From Candidatus Thorarchaeota archaeon SMTZ1-45 (GTDB lineage Archaea > Asgardarchaeota > Thorarchaeia > Thorarchaeales > Thorarchaeaceae), in NCBI GenBank assembly GCA_001563335.1, contig LRSL01000042.1, positions 1-21,298 of the forward strand: DNA of 21,298 nucleotides. Direction: 5' to 3'. The notes under the pieces were generated by a model. It did no database searches. It saw only the letters and a program-made list of their open reading frames with translations, and had not been told where the DNA came from. The position numbers and the translations under genes were made by a program. This document shows positions 7,013-15,959 of the stretch, piece by piece (within the stretch, counting starts at the first letter, position 1; the number at the start of each line of letters is the position of its first letter).

Positions 7013-8268
7013 AATCATTGATTGATGCTGCACGGGAACATAGTCGTGGAGAACGAGGTATGTCTACAATCCGTGATATGGGACAAGCTCGGATTCTGGT
7101 TGTGGGCTGTGGCGGTGCTGGAAATAATACAGTAAAACGCCTTATGACTATTGGAGTCCAAGGTGCTGAATGCATAGCAATAAACACTGATCGCCAACAC
7201 TTAGCAATCACAACAGCTCACAGAAAACTCTTGATAGGTGAGAGAATCACACGTGGACTGGGAGCTGGTGGTTATCCACATGTTGGAAGAGCTGCCGCAG
7301 AGGAATCGACAGGACAGCTGACCGAGCTTCTAAGAGATGCTGATTTAGTCTTTATTGCAGCAGGAATGGGGGGTGGTACTGGTACAGGAAGTGCCCCTGT
7401 TGTTGCTGAAATTGCGAAGAACAATGATGCTATTGTTGTTGGTGTCATTACAATGCCTTTCAATCTTGAAAGGACCCGAATTGATAAGGCAAAAGCTGGT
7501 CTGGCTCGTCTACAGGAAAATGTAGACACGGCTGTTGTTATTGATAATCAAAAATTAATGGAGCTGGTTCCAGATCTCCCGCTCGAGGAAGCCTTTGGAG
7601 TTGCAGACGAAGTTCTTGCGAACATGGTGAAAGGTATTACTGAAACGATAACCATGCCAAGTCTGATCAACCTAGATTATGCTGATGTTCGCTCAATAAT
7701 CTGTAATGGTGGAGTAGCTCTTGTAGGTCTCGGCGAAGCCACAGGAGCAGATCGTGCCAATGAGGCAATAAAGAACGCTCTCAATAGTCCTCTCCTTGAG
7801 GTAGAATGGAGTGGAGCAACTGGCGCATTAATTCATATAACCGGAGGCCCAGACATGAGCCTCGCAGAAGCAAATAAGGTCGGGGAACTTGTATCCGAAA
7901 AGATGAGCCAAGATGCCAATGTCATCTGGGGCGCTCGAGTTGACCCAAGACTTGGTGGTGTTCTTCGTGTTATGCTCATTCTCACAGGCGTTAAGAGTCC
8001 TCAACTTCTAGCTCGCTCAAAAGAAGAAACCCCACTCTCCTCAACTACAAAACGCCTAGCAGAATATGGAATAATCAGTGCTCAGACAACAACACTTGGG
8101 TCCAGGGAAACACGGGCGCGTGCTTTTGGAAAAATCCCTGAATCCACCGAAAGGACTTGGGAAGAGCGTCTTAAGCCACTGGAACGTACATTGACACGAA
8201 AACCAACAAAGGAAAATGAAGCTAAGAAGAAGGAAATTGAAGAGCTGGGCTTAAGAAGACTTCTCTAG
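7009..8268 (+). CDS. ftsZ: Cell division protein FtsZ (likely FtsZ2 clade, from the cdrS context)
   Basis: VVGCGGAGNN, AINTD, tubulin signature GMGGGTGTG, intact T7 loop INLDYAD and VIWGA, followed by a ~90-aa C-terminal tail. Confidence 0.97.
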   Translation: MKSLIDAAREHSRGERGMSTIRDMGQARILVVGCGGAGNNTVKRLMTIGVQGAECIAINTDRQHLAITTAHRKLLIGERITRGLGAGGYPHVGRAAAEESTGQLTELLRDADLVFIAAGMGGGTGTGSAPVVAEIAKNNDAIVVGVITMPFNLERTRIDKAKAGLARLQENVDTAVVIDNQKLMELVPDLPLEEAFGVADEVLANMVKGITETITMPSLINLDYADVRSIICNGGVALVGLGEATGADRANEAIKNALNSPLLEVEWSGATGALIHITGGPDMSLAEANKVGELVSEKMSQDANVIWGARVDPRLGGVLRVMLILTGVKSPQLLARSKEETPLSSTTKRLAEYGIISAQTTTLGSRETRARAFGKIPESTERTWEERLKPLERTLTRKPTKENEAKKKEIEELGLRRLL

Positions 8269-8374
8269 CGCATGATCTTTACTGATGCCCTAATCCACAG
8301 CGAGATATCTAGATATGCCTAGTTTTGACTCTGAGATGCACTTAGGTCATATGCTCATATGTTCATAATGACTG

Positions 8375-8806
8375 CTATGCTAAACCGTGTTCTTTCAACC
8401 AGTCATCTGCGATGACTGCAACACGCTCATAGAGAGGACCACTACCCTCGATACCATCTTTTGAGATACGGATCTTATTCATTACCAGTATTATTCCCGT
8501 GTCGGGATAGAACTGCACTCCACCGGGTGGAAATGTCTTCTCTAGTTCCTTTGCAAGCCCCTCAAGACTGATCTCTCTTTCTGCGACTGAAAATGTAACT
8601 ATACTGCTACCATAGATGAATATCTTCGGGATGTTAGTTTCACCATCAGCAACCACATCAGAGAGGACAATGCTCAGACTGTTCTGATCAATTCCTTTCA
8701 AGGTGCCTGCATAGGTCTTGCCTGTGTTGATTACTACTTCAACAGTTGCCCCAACAACCGCCGCAAGCTCGCGGTTGAAGGCTCTCATTGCTGCGACATC
8801 GGACAT
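8375..8806 (-). CDS. Lsm family RNA-binding protein with C-terminal extension (SmAP3-type)
   Basis: Sm1 motif (VEVVINTGKTYAGTLKGIDQNSLSIVLSD) and Sm2-like region (KIFIYGSSI). The C-terminal domain (LEKTFPPGGV...VMNKIRISKDGIEGSGPLYER) is typical of SmAP3. SD GGTGA upstream on the minus strand. Confidence 0.88.
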   Translation of the reverse strand: MSDVAAMRAFNRELAAVVGATVEVVINTGKTYAGTLKGIDQNSLSIVLSDVVADGETNIPKIFIYGSSIVTFSVAEREISLEGLAKELEKTFPPGGVQFYPDTGIILVMNKIRISKDGIEGSGPLYERVAVIADDWLKEHGLA

Positions 8807-9016
8807 TCAGTTTCACCACTAAAGTGATTGAAATCAGAATGGAGGGCGCAATCATGCCGTTTTAAAATTGATGTTAGTACAATTTCCATCACAAGAGGCT
8901 AATTCTTCAATATCTGAAACACACACCTTTGATTTCTCTACGAACTTGGTTTATCGGTGCTTAAATTGTACAAACAACCACCTCATGGCAGTTCATAGAA
9001 TATTAGAGGTCAAATT

Positions 9017-9991
9017 ATGGCAACAGCACAAGTCCATAAGATAATTGACACAAAAGAAGCAGAATCATCCACATGGTCATCTTTTAGTCTCCTAAAGATA
9101 GGAGGAATCATGCTTACAATTGCTGCCGCTTGGCGAATAATAGATCAATTTGTACTAAATCTTGGTAGTACTTGGATGAACATTCTTCCCTCAAAGCTTT
9201 TTCCGTTCCTAATCATTCTTGGTCTTTTCTGGAAATATCGGCCAAGAGAAACAGAATCAGTTCTTGGGCTTTCAAGAAATAACTTCCAAGCTCAACTATT
9301 TTTTGGGTTTCTAATCGGTCTAGTAATATCCTTTGGAATTGATTTTGGCGGAACTATTGTATATGGAGTCTTCATCGACCCTACTTACCCTCTTCAGCTA
9401 CATATTTTAAACGAAGGATTACTTGTATACATGTTCTTCTTCTTTTTGACAAATGCCCTCCTTGAAGAAACTCTCTTCCGAGGTCTTTTGATCAATGCTT
9501 TCAAAACACATCAAAGTACAAACCGAGCGATATTGATGTCTGCTGTCATATTTGGCATCTGGCACGCAGGATGGCCCATTGTTAATGGAGCAATAGGACT
9601 TAATGCCCTTAGTGAAATCGTGTCAATGGTCTTTTTCACTACCATTCTAGGAATATTCTTTGGAGTATACTATGACAGATTCAGCACCAGTCAGACCCTT
9701 GTTGGTCCAATAGTGGTCCACACAATCATCAACTTCACAAGTGAGAGTTTCAAGATTGGTCCCGAACCCATGATACAAGGACCCGACCTTATCTTCTCAA
9801 CTCCAGGACTGATGGCTATTACATTTCTGATGTTCCTCTTGACATTCATACCTCTAGGCGTTGTTCTATGGAAGTACAAGATCGAACAGCTCTCAACAGC
9901 ATGGCATCGGATGATTGGCAAAACAAACAAGGGAGAAAAAAAGGACCCTGAAAAAAGGAACTCTAGAAAAATGAAAGTCAATGAGGTTTAG
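9017..9991 (+). CDS. CPBP family (Abi/CAAX-like) intramembrane glutamic endopeptidase
   Basis: Motifs EETLFRG (EExxxR), FGIWH (FxxxH) and HTIIN (HxxxN) in a multi-TM protein. SD GAGGT upstream. Confidence 0.9.
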   Translation: MATAQVHKIIDTKEAESSTWSSFSLLKIGGIMLTIAAAWRIIDQFVLNLGSTWMNILPSKLFPFLIILGLFWKYRPRETESVLGLSRNNFQAQLFFGFLIGLVISFGIDFGGTIVYGVFIDPTYPLQLHILNEGLLVYMFFFFLTNALLEETLFRGLLINAFKTHQSTNRAILMSAVIFGIWHAGWPIVNGAIGLNALSEIVSMVFFTTILGIFFGVYYDRFSTSQTLVGPIVVHTIINFTSESFKIGPEPMIQGPDLIFSTPGLMAITFLMFLLTFIPLGVVLWKYKIEQLSTAWHRMIGKTNKGEKKDPEKRNSRKMKVNEV

Positions 9992-9994
9992 AAG

Positions 9995-10684
9995 ATGCAA
10001 ATAGGCACAGAATTAGTTGTAATATCAAGTATAACGACAGTACTCATCTCTGCTGTGATTGGTGCATACTTGGGTCGGAAATGGCTCTCTCAAGAAGTCC
10101 GACTTCTTACTGATCTTCCACTGGTCTTTGCAATCGCATTTGTAAGTCAATCTTTCAATATCATGATTGTCACGCTTCAACACATTGGGTTGTTGCAAAC
10201 AACAATGATTCTCTTTAGAATTCGTTCAGTTGCAATCGGTGGATCAATCATTCCAATCTTGGGTGCTATCCTTCAAATCTGGACTCCTTCGATCCAGAAA
10301 TACCACAATAGGATTGTCTTTCTACTTGGCCTGTATTGGGTATTAATAGCCCTCCTCGGTTCACATGAAGAATTGATCATGATTCTAACCATTCCAGTGA
10401 TGATAATCCTTGGAATTATGATGATGTTCACATTTATCATAACTTGGCGAACTGGACGTCTGAAGGAGGTACGAAGTGAACTCATGATTATATCAGTCCT
10501 GTTCGGTATGGCTAGCCAGATTCTCAGAGTCCCACTTCTATCCACATCATTGTTCTATGTTCCAGATGTACTATTGACAATCTCGATGGTTCTAACTGCA
10601 ATCGCCTTTGCGAATCCGTGGTATCATAGAGAAACAAAGAACCGACTGGAAACATCCCTATATATGGTTGAAATCCCTGAATGA
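9995..10684 (+). CDS. Hypothetical ~7-TM membrane protein
   Basis: 229 aa with seven hydrophobic segments. SD GAGGT at 9983-9987. Starts 3 nt after the CPBP stop. Confidence 0.75.
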   Translation: MQIGTELVVISSITTVLISAVIGAYLGRKWLSQEVRLLTDLPLVFAIAFVSQSFNIMIVTLQHIGLLQTTMILFRIRSVAIGGSIIPILGAILQIWTPSIQKYHNRIVFLLGLYWVLIALLGSHEELIMILTIPVMIILGIMMMFTFIITWRTGRLKEVRSELMIISVLFGMASQILRVPLLSTSLFYVPDVLLTISMVLTAIAFANPWYHRETKNRLETSLYMVEIPE

Positions 10685-10711
10685 TATCTTGTTTAACATA
10701 GAATCTTTTGG

Positions 10712-11470
10712 TTATCCATACCTCATGCGCCTATATATGATGTAGAAGGTTAGTGGAATTATTACGAAAATGAAGGGAGTCATCAAGCTAATGTAGAGTA
10801 TGCCTATGGGTGGCCAAACATCAAAAAGGATAAACATCGGTCCCCAGAGAAGAGCATCTCCAAATACAAGTACTGCACCCCCTAATGTATCGAATAGTAA
10901 AGTTCCATAAGGTGCACTTACTAAGAATGTACCTCCAATGATGAAAGATAGGACTGTCCAAAGTGTGACAGACTTCAATGCTATACGAAGGAATGCATAA
11001 TCACCTTTTTGATACTCATCTTGATTAAGAACTGCTAGGGCAAGCAGCAACTCCTCTGAGTATTTTGGACCACCTGGGCCTACAGCAATTAAAGCTCCAA
11101 AGAAGAATATGAGTAGTGCTCCACCTGCTAGCATATATGCAGAAATAAGGAAAATCCCAAAGACCAATCCAAAGGAGCCTATCAAAATACCAAACCAGAT
11201 AACAGTAATGAGGGTGCTATACATCATTTGACGTTGAAACCAACCCCCTATGCGGCCATGCTTTGTTCTTGTCATATTCTCAATAACCCATTTGTGTGAG
11301 AAGCAGTTTCCATACTCAGTTCTGCCTGAGAGGTCTACATCACTGACATCAAAGGAATCCTCCAAAGTCCTCTTCAGAGTCCAATACTTTCTGAAATATC
11401 TCAGCCTATCAAAGGCTGAGATAAGAATAATCGCACCTGTCAATGCTAGCGACACGGTCATTTCAATCAT
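10712..11470 (-). CDS. Hypothetical membrane protein
   Basis: 252-aa ORF with 5-6 hydrophobic segments that fills the gap between neighbours. Confidence 0.72.
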   Translation of the reverse strand: MIEMTVSLALTGAIILISAFDRLRYFRKYWTLKRTLEDSFDVSDVDLSGRTEYGNCFSHKWVIENMTRTKHGRIGGWFQRQMMYSTLITVIWFGILIGSFGLVFGIFLISAYMLAGGALLIFFFGALIAVGPGGPKYSEELLLALAVLNQDEYQKGDYAFLRIALKSVTLWTVLSFIIGGTFLVSAPYGTLLFDTLGGAVLVFGDALLWGPMFILFDVWPPIGILYISLMTPFIFVIIPLTFYIIYRRMRYG

Positions 11471-11632
11471 GAATCATCCCTGACACATATTATAACCCAT
11501 GAATATCTCTTCAGGCAATCCTCTCATCTTATCAAATGAAATTTAAAGAATACTCTTAAAGCGAAACTGTCAACGCAGAGAGTAATAGACAAAAGACTGA
11601 ACATATCATTTACAGAGCAGGAGGCCATCACT

Positions 11633-11923
11633 TTGGCAGACATGGCAAGAGTAGAAGAGAAGAAAATCATCCGAAAATGGTTGAAACGAACACTCTATAT
11701 TGTTCTCTTTATCGTTTTATTTGTGAGCGTTCCCTTTATTGTGGATGCACTTGCCCGTTGGGCGACTGGGGGCGATTGGACAGAGGCTTTCTCACAAGCA
11801 TGGTTTTCAGATGTAGGGGCTGCTCAAATCTTTCTCCTTGGATTTGCTGTTATTGTCGGTCTTTTTGCCATCATGATTTATTTCATACTTGGTATCTTCA
11901 GTGGCGAAGAGGGTGGATGGTGA
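11633..11923 (+). CDS. Small 2-TM hypothetical membrane protein
   Basis: TTG start with GGAGG 8 nt upstream. Basic N-terminus, two TM helices, C-terminal EEGGW. Confidence 0.7.
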   Translation: MADMARVEEKKIIRKWLKRTLYIVLFIVLFVSVPFIVDALARWATGGDWTEAFSQAWFSDVGAAQIFLLGFAVIVGLFAIMIYFILGIFSGEEGGW

Positions 11924-12147
11924 ACCACTATTAGGATGCAAATGCGTATTGATTCCTTCCAAAATAAGATGATTAATCCTACCCAATCCAGTTTCCACTT
12001 AGACTAATCTTCAAGGTATTTCGAGAACTCACGTTTCTCATAGTAAGCATGGAGAAAAGCATCAATAGAAGACTTGTAATGGTTATTATTGACTATTAGA
12101 AATCCAAATAAGAAAGCTCGAACATCTCTAATGTTGCTTTTAAGCGC

Positions 12148-12540
12148 GTGATTGAGATAGCTGGAGAGATACCTAACATAGCAAAGTATGTGTTCCTGCT
12201 ACACTTCATCGTCGCATTGGTCTTTGGAGCTTTCTGGTTCCTCTTGCCTGAATATTGGAGTACAATGACGGGATGGCCAGTCGAATATGCGTCTGGCCGT
12301 ATCGTTGGAATGGCCACACTCATGATGGCTGTTGGCTCTTTCATGGCATATAGAAAAACCACATGGGAACAGATTGAGATCTTTGTAGTCATGGAACTCA
12401 TCTACAACATCCTAGGTGCCATCGGGATGGTGTGGAATGTGTTCACGATGACTCTTCCTGTTATAACATGGGTCCTTATTGGACTTTTAGCATTGTTCTC
12501 AATTCTATTCTTGTATGTCTTTTTCACAGCAAAGACCTAA
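12148..12540 (+). CDS. Small 4-TM hypothetical membrane protein (start uncertain)
   Basis: 130-aa ORF with four hydrophobic helices. Confidence 0.72.
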   Translation: MIEIAGEIPNIAKYVFLLHFIVALVFGAFWFLLPEYWSTMTGWPVEYASGRIVGMATLMMAVGSFMAYRKTTWEQIEIFVVMELIYNILGAIGMVWNVFTMTLPVITWVLIGLLALFSILFLYVFFTAKT

Positions 12541-12703
12541 TCGAAGTTGTTGATGTCTAAAGGTAACAGGAGAAATCGCCATCATAGATAGTATGCTGAA
12601 TAAGTAAAATATCACACATGGCACATCCTAGCGGCAATTGATTAATGCCCTAGGGAATTTGTTATTAGTCTCTCGCACCCCAGCTGAATTTGGTGTTGGC
12701 AAT

Positions 12704-13531
12704 ATGGTCTCTCAAAAGCACTTTGCACTCCAGTATCTTCGAGAAGAAAGCCTTCCAAGTCCATTTTGTCCAGGCTGTGGCGCTGGAGAAGTGTCCAATG
12801 CGTTTCTAAAAGCAGCCAAAGACTTGGGACATGAAACTCTCAGAGGATTTGCCTTTGTCTCTGGCATTGGTTGCAGTGCGTGGATTCCCTCGCCTCACTA
12901 TCAGGCTGATACACTACATACAACCCATGGTCGTGCAATCGCATTTGCCACTGGTCTGAAACTCGCTCGTCCTGAGTTGAAAGTAGTTGTAATAAGCGGT
13001 GATGGCGACCTCGCAGCAATTGGTGGAAATCACCTAATTCATGCAGCAAGACGCAACATGGACATGTCTGTGATCTGTGTGAATAATTATATCTATGGAA
13101 TGACTGGAGGACAGGTTGGCCCCACGACATTCACTGGAGACCGTACTAGTACAACTCCCTATGGTAATCCAGAGCGACCATTTGACTTAGCACGATTGGT
13201 TTCAGCGGCAGGTGCAAACTACGTTGCACGATGGACCACTGCTCATCCAGTTCAGGCTGCACGAGCTATAAAGACTGCCCTCGAAAGAGAAGGGTTCTCC
13301 TTCATTGAGATGATATCTCAATGCCCAACAGCATATGGTAGAAGGACGCATGCAGGTGAATCACCAGAGATGTTGAAATGGTTCAAGAGATTACCAGTTC
13401 GAAAGAGAGGAGATCCAATCACTCAACAAATTCCCACAAAAGAGGGAATGGACTTGGGAGTCTTTGCTGATAGACATGAACCCCCTTTCACCGAAATACT
13501 TCGTTCGATCTTCAGCAACCTTGAGGAGTAA
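12704..13531 (+). CDS. korB: 2-oxoacid:ferredoxin oxidoreductase subunit beta (KorB-like)
   Basis: FCPGCG, VSGIGCS, HTTHGRA, TPP-binding GDGD...NN, YGMTGGQ and SQCPT. Start moved from TTG 12638 to ATG 12704, which has GGTG upstream and gives a typical N-terminus length. Confidence 0.92.
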   Translation: MVSQKHFALQYLREESLPSPFCPGCGAGEVSNAFLKAAKDLGHETLRGFAFVSGIGCSAWIPSPHYQADTLHTTHGRAIAFATGLKLARPELKVVVISGDGDLAAIGGNHLIHAARRNMDMSVICVNNYIYGMTGGQVGPTTFTGDRTSTTPYGNPERPFDLARLVSAAGANYVARWTTAHPVQAARAIKTALEREGFSFIEMISQCPTAYGRRTHAGESPEMLKWFKRLPVRKRGDPITQQIPTKEGMDLGVFADRHEPPFTEILRSIFSNLEE

Positions 13532-13537
13532 CACCTG

Positions 13538-14062
13538 ATGAAGACAGAGATTCGTATTGCTGGAACTGGAGGAATGGGTGTAGTTCTTATTGGTGTCATT
13601 ATTGGACACGCTGCTGTTGTTTATGGTGGTCTCGAGGCTGTCCAAAGTCAAAGTTACGGTTCAGAAGCCCGGGGCACTTCAGCAAAGAGTGAAGTGATTG
13701 TGAGCAATCAACCAATCAATTATCCCAAAGTCAGGTCCTCGGACTATCTTATCGCAATGTCACAAAAGGCACTCGATTTGTATCTACCAGAGGCTAAGAA
13801 AGGCAGCACAATTATTGTTGATCCCGATCTTGTAAATATTAAGAACATCTCAGGCTATGAAATCGTTGAAGTTCCAGCAATGAAGATTGCTGATGAGTTG
13901 GGAATGCGGCTTGTTTCAAACATGGTGATGCTAGGAGCATTTGTAAAGAAGTCTGGACTCTTCCCACTTGAGAGTCTTCAGAAGGCAGTTGCTGATTTGA
14001 TTGGCACCAAGGCTCTTGAGATAGATATCAAAGCGATACACGCTGGAGCTGAACTTGTCTAG
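13538..14062 (+). CDS. korC: 2-oxoacid:ferredoxin oxidoreductase subunit gamma
   Basis: EIRIAGTGGMGV, QSYGSEARG, SEVIVS and NMVMLGA. SD GAGGAG upstream. Confidence 0.92.
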   Translation: MKTEIRIAGTGGMGVVLIGVIIGHAAVVYGGLEAVQSQSYGSEARGTSAKSEVIVSNQPINYPKVRSSDYLIAMSQKALDLYLPEAKKGSTIIVDPDLVNIKNISGYEIVEVPAMKIADELGMRLVSNMVMLGAFVKKSGLFPLESLQKAVADLIGTKALEIDIKAIHAGAELV

Positions 14063-14337
14063 CCTCCATGTATCAATGGAAGGACTATGATGACATCACC
14101 CTCACCAAGTCTTGTATCAAGTCCGTCACTCAGGCCAATATCTACCTCATTACATAGAATCAATGCATCGCGGTCAATCACTTCTGGACTTGCCCACATT
14201 TCCTTGATGCCTGTTTCTCTCTCAATCATCTCAATCAATAAGTCTGAGAGCCTAGCATCCTCCTCAAGTTCTATTTCAAAGAAGCCATCTTGTGACTTTT
14301 TAACTAGAGGTCCTCTGAGCTGAAGTGTGACTTTCAT
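14059..14337 (-). CDS. Ubiquitin-like beta-grasp protein (MoaD/ThiS/SAMP family, Urm1-like C-terminus)
   Basis: 92 aa ending LILCNEVDI...LGEGDVIIVLPLIHGG with a C-terminal diglycine. Its stop overlaps the korC stop within CTAG 14059-14062. Confidence 0.88.
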   Translation of the reverse strand: MKVTLQLRGPLVKKSQDGFFEIELEEDARLSDLLIEMIERETGIKEMWASPEVIDRDALILCNEVDIGLSDGLDTRLGEGDVIIVLPLIHGG

Positions 14338-14436
14338 TGTTTATTGCCACTCGCCCAAGGTGAGTGAATGCTTGATAAAGTGCTTGATTTATGCTCAAGT
14401 ATGAAGCTCTATATGGTATGAGTGTAAGCCGAGGTT

Positions 14437-15954
14437 ATGGACATGGAATGTGAGCAAGAAGAACCTGAGATTGTGTCAAGCAGGTATGCTAGAATCTTTG
14501 GCATTGCAGAACCGACAGAGAATGTAGTCCGCTTCATTAAGATTATATCAGTACTTCTTCCAGCTTTTGCTGCAAGCTTTCAAATCAGCACAACGTTCTG
14601 GATGATATATATCGCTGAGTCTCTAGGCAATGGTGACTATATAGCAGGTCTCACATTTGTTGGATTTCTAGTTGTTATCCAGATGGCCATCCAGACAGCA
14701 CTCGATTATCCTACAGGTGCTCTAGGAGACTGGATTGGCCAACGCTATGTGATATCTTCAGCTCTTCTCTGCTATGCAATAGCCTTCGGGCTCTCCTCAT
14801 TAATTGTGAAGAACACCCCTGCTCCCATCTGGATTTACATCGCTATCTATGCTCTTTTTGGACTTGGATCATCTCAGGAGAGTGGTGCGTTCAGTGCGTG
14901 GTTCGACAATAACTATCGGGTAGCTATGCCACATGACAAAGACCGCAAGCAGTATGGTGTTTTTCAGGGGCGGCTTGGGATGATATGGCAAGTATCAGGG
15001 ACCTTGGTTCTGCTTCCTGGATCTTGGCTTGCCTATTTATACGGAGAAACTTGGGTCTTCAGTCTACAAGCTATTTTTGCTGTGTTTCTAGCAATTGCTG
15101 TATTCAGACTTGTCAGAGACCTCCCTGGTGTTAGGGATGAACGAGAAGAACGACCTGCACTTGGAGAGTACATGTCTCTTCTCAAGGATGGTTTCCGTTT
15201 TCTCTGGTCCAGTAGATTTGTCACATTCATTATGCTCGGAGGCGTTGTGATGTGGAGTATAGGACCTGTTTGGTGGAATCTTTTGTTATTCCCACTCTAT
15301 TTCAGTTTCCTTGTAACACAAGTTGCGGTATCTGCCTTTAGGACCTTAGTATTTCTTCCACAGGCTATTGCTAATGAACGAAGTGGTGTACTAGCGAAGA
15401 GATTTGAACCAAAGAAATGGATTCCCCGTTTCAGAATTCTGCAGTTTATGGGTGTGATTTTTTATTTAGCACTTGCAGTCATAGTATATCTCTTCCCAGG
15501 TATTCCAGCAGGGACAGACCCAGCAACTATTGAGTTCTATAAAGTACTGATACCCTTCACAACTCTCTCGTTGATTGAGATTCCTGTCCAGACAGTTATC
15601 CCTGTAATTCTCCTCTTCATACTCTTTGTAGGCTTGAACATGTTTGGTGCAATTGCGGATATTTTAACCCAAAGAGTGATGTTAGATGTCATTCCCAACC
15701 GCATCCGAAATTCAATGTACTCTTTGCAACCCACACTGGTCATGCTAATTTCCATGCCACTCATTGCTTTCTTTGGATGGTTTGTTCCATTCACTGGAGG
15801 TTTCCTATTGACTTTCTTGATTTGCGCATTCATATCTCTATTATCAGTAGTGATGATTCGAGCTGCATTCAATAATCCAATTCCGAAGGCTGATGAGGTA
15901 GTGCCTGCATCGAAAGAGGAGCAGAAAACAGTCCAAGAGCTCGAAGTCACATAA
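14437..15954 (+). CDS. MFS transporter
   Basis: About 12 TM helices. MFS motif A-like DYPTGALGDWIGQR and SQESGAFSAW. SD GAGGT upstream. Confidence 0.88.
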   Translation: MDMECEQEEPEIVSSRYARIFGIAEPTENVVRFIKIISVLLPAFAASFQISTTFWMIYIAESLGNGDYIAGLTFVGFLVVIQMAIQTALDYPTGALGDWIGQRYVISSALLCYAIAFGLSSLIVKNTPAPIWIYIAIYALFGLGSSQESGAFSAWFDNNYRVAMPHDKDRKQYGVFQGRLGMIWQVSGTLVLLPGSWLAYLYGETWVFSLQAIFAVFLAIAVFRLVRDLPGVRDEREERPALGEYMSLLKDGFRFLWSSRFVTFIMLGGVVMWSIGPVWWNLLLFPLYFSFLVTQVAVSAFRTLVFLPQAIANERSGVLAKRFEPKKWIPRFRILQFMGVIFYLALAVIVYLFPGIPAGTDPATIEFYKVLIPFTTLSLIEIPVQTVIPVILLFILFVGLNMFGAIADILTQRVMLDVIPNRIRNSMYSLQPTLVMLISMPLIAFFGWFVPFTGGFLLTFLICAFISLLSVVMIRAAFNNPIPKADEVVPASKEEQKTVQELEVT

Positions 15955-15959
15955 TGATT

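Noticed and set aside
11924-12147. 224-nt gap with hydrophobic peptide fragments in different minus-strand frames (AFLFGFLIV, IITITSLLLMLFSML, GLIILFW): possible decayed membrane gene
   Set aside because: T-rich sequence yields hydrophobic codons by chance. There is no start or recognisable homologue, so it cannot be supported without a translated search.
12148-12159. Possible second non-canonical start (ATA after SD-like GTGAT) for the 130-aa membrane protein
   Set aside because: There is no conserved N-terminus to anchor it, and the GTG at 12148 is an adequate canonical start.
12638-12703. 22-aa N-terminal extension of korB from TTG 12638
   Set aside because: No family similarity; ATG 12704 has an SD-like GGTG and gives the expected length.
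13529-13540. korB and korC are in the same frame, separated by TAA-CAC-CTG (possible readthrough or broken fusion)
   Set aside because: TAA is not a recoded codon, korC has its own GAGGAG SD, and same-frame spacing occurs one time in three by chance.
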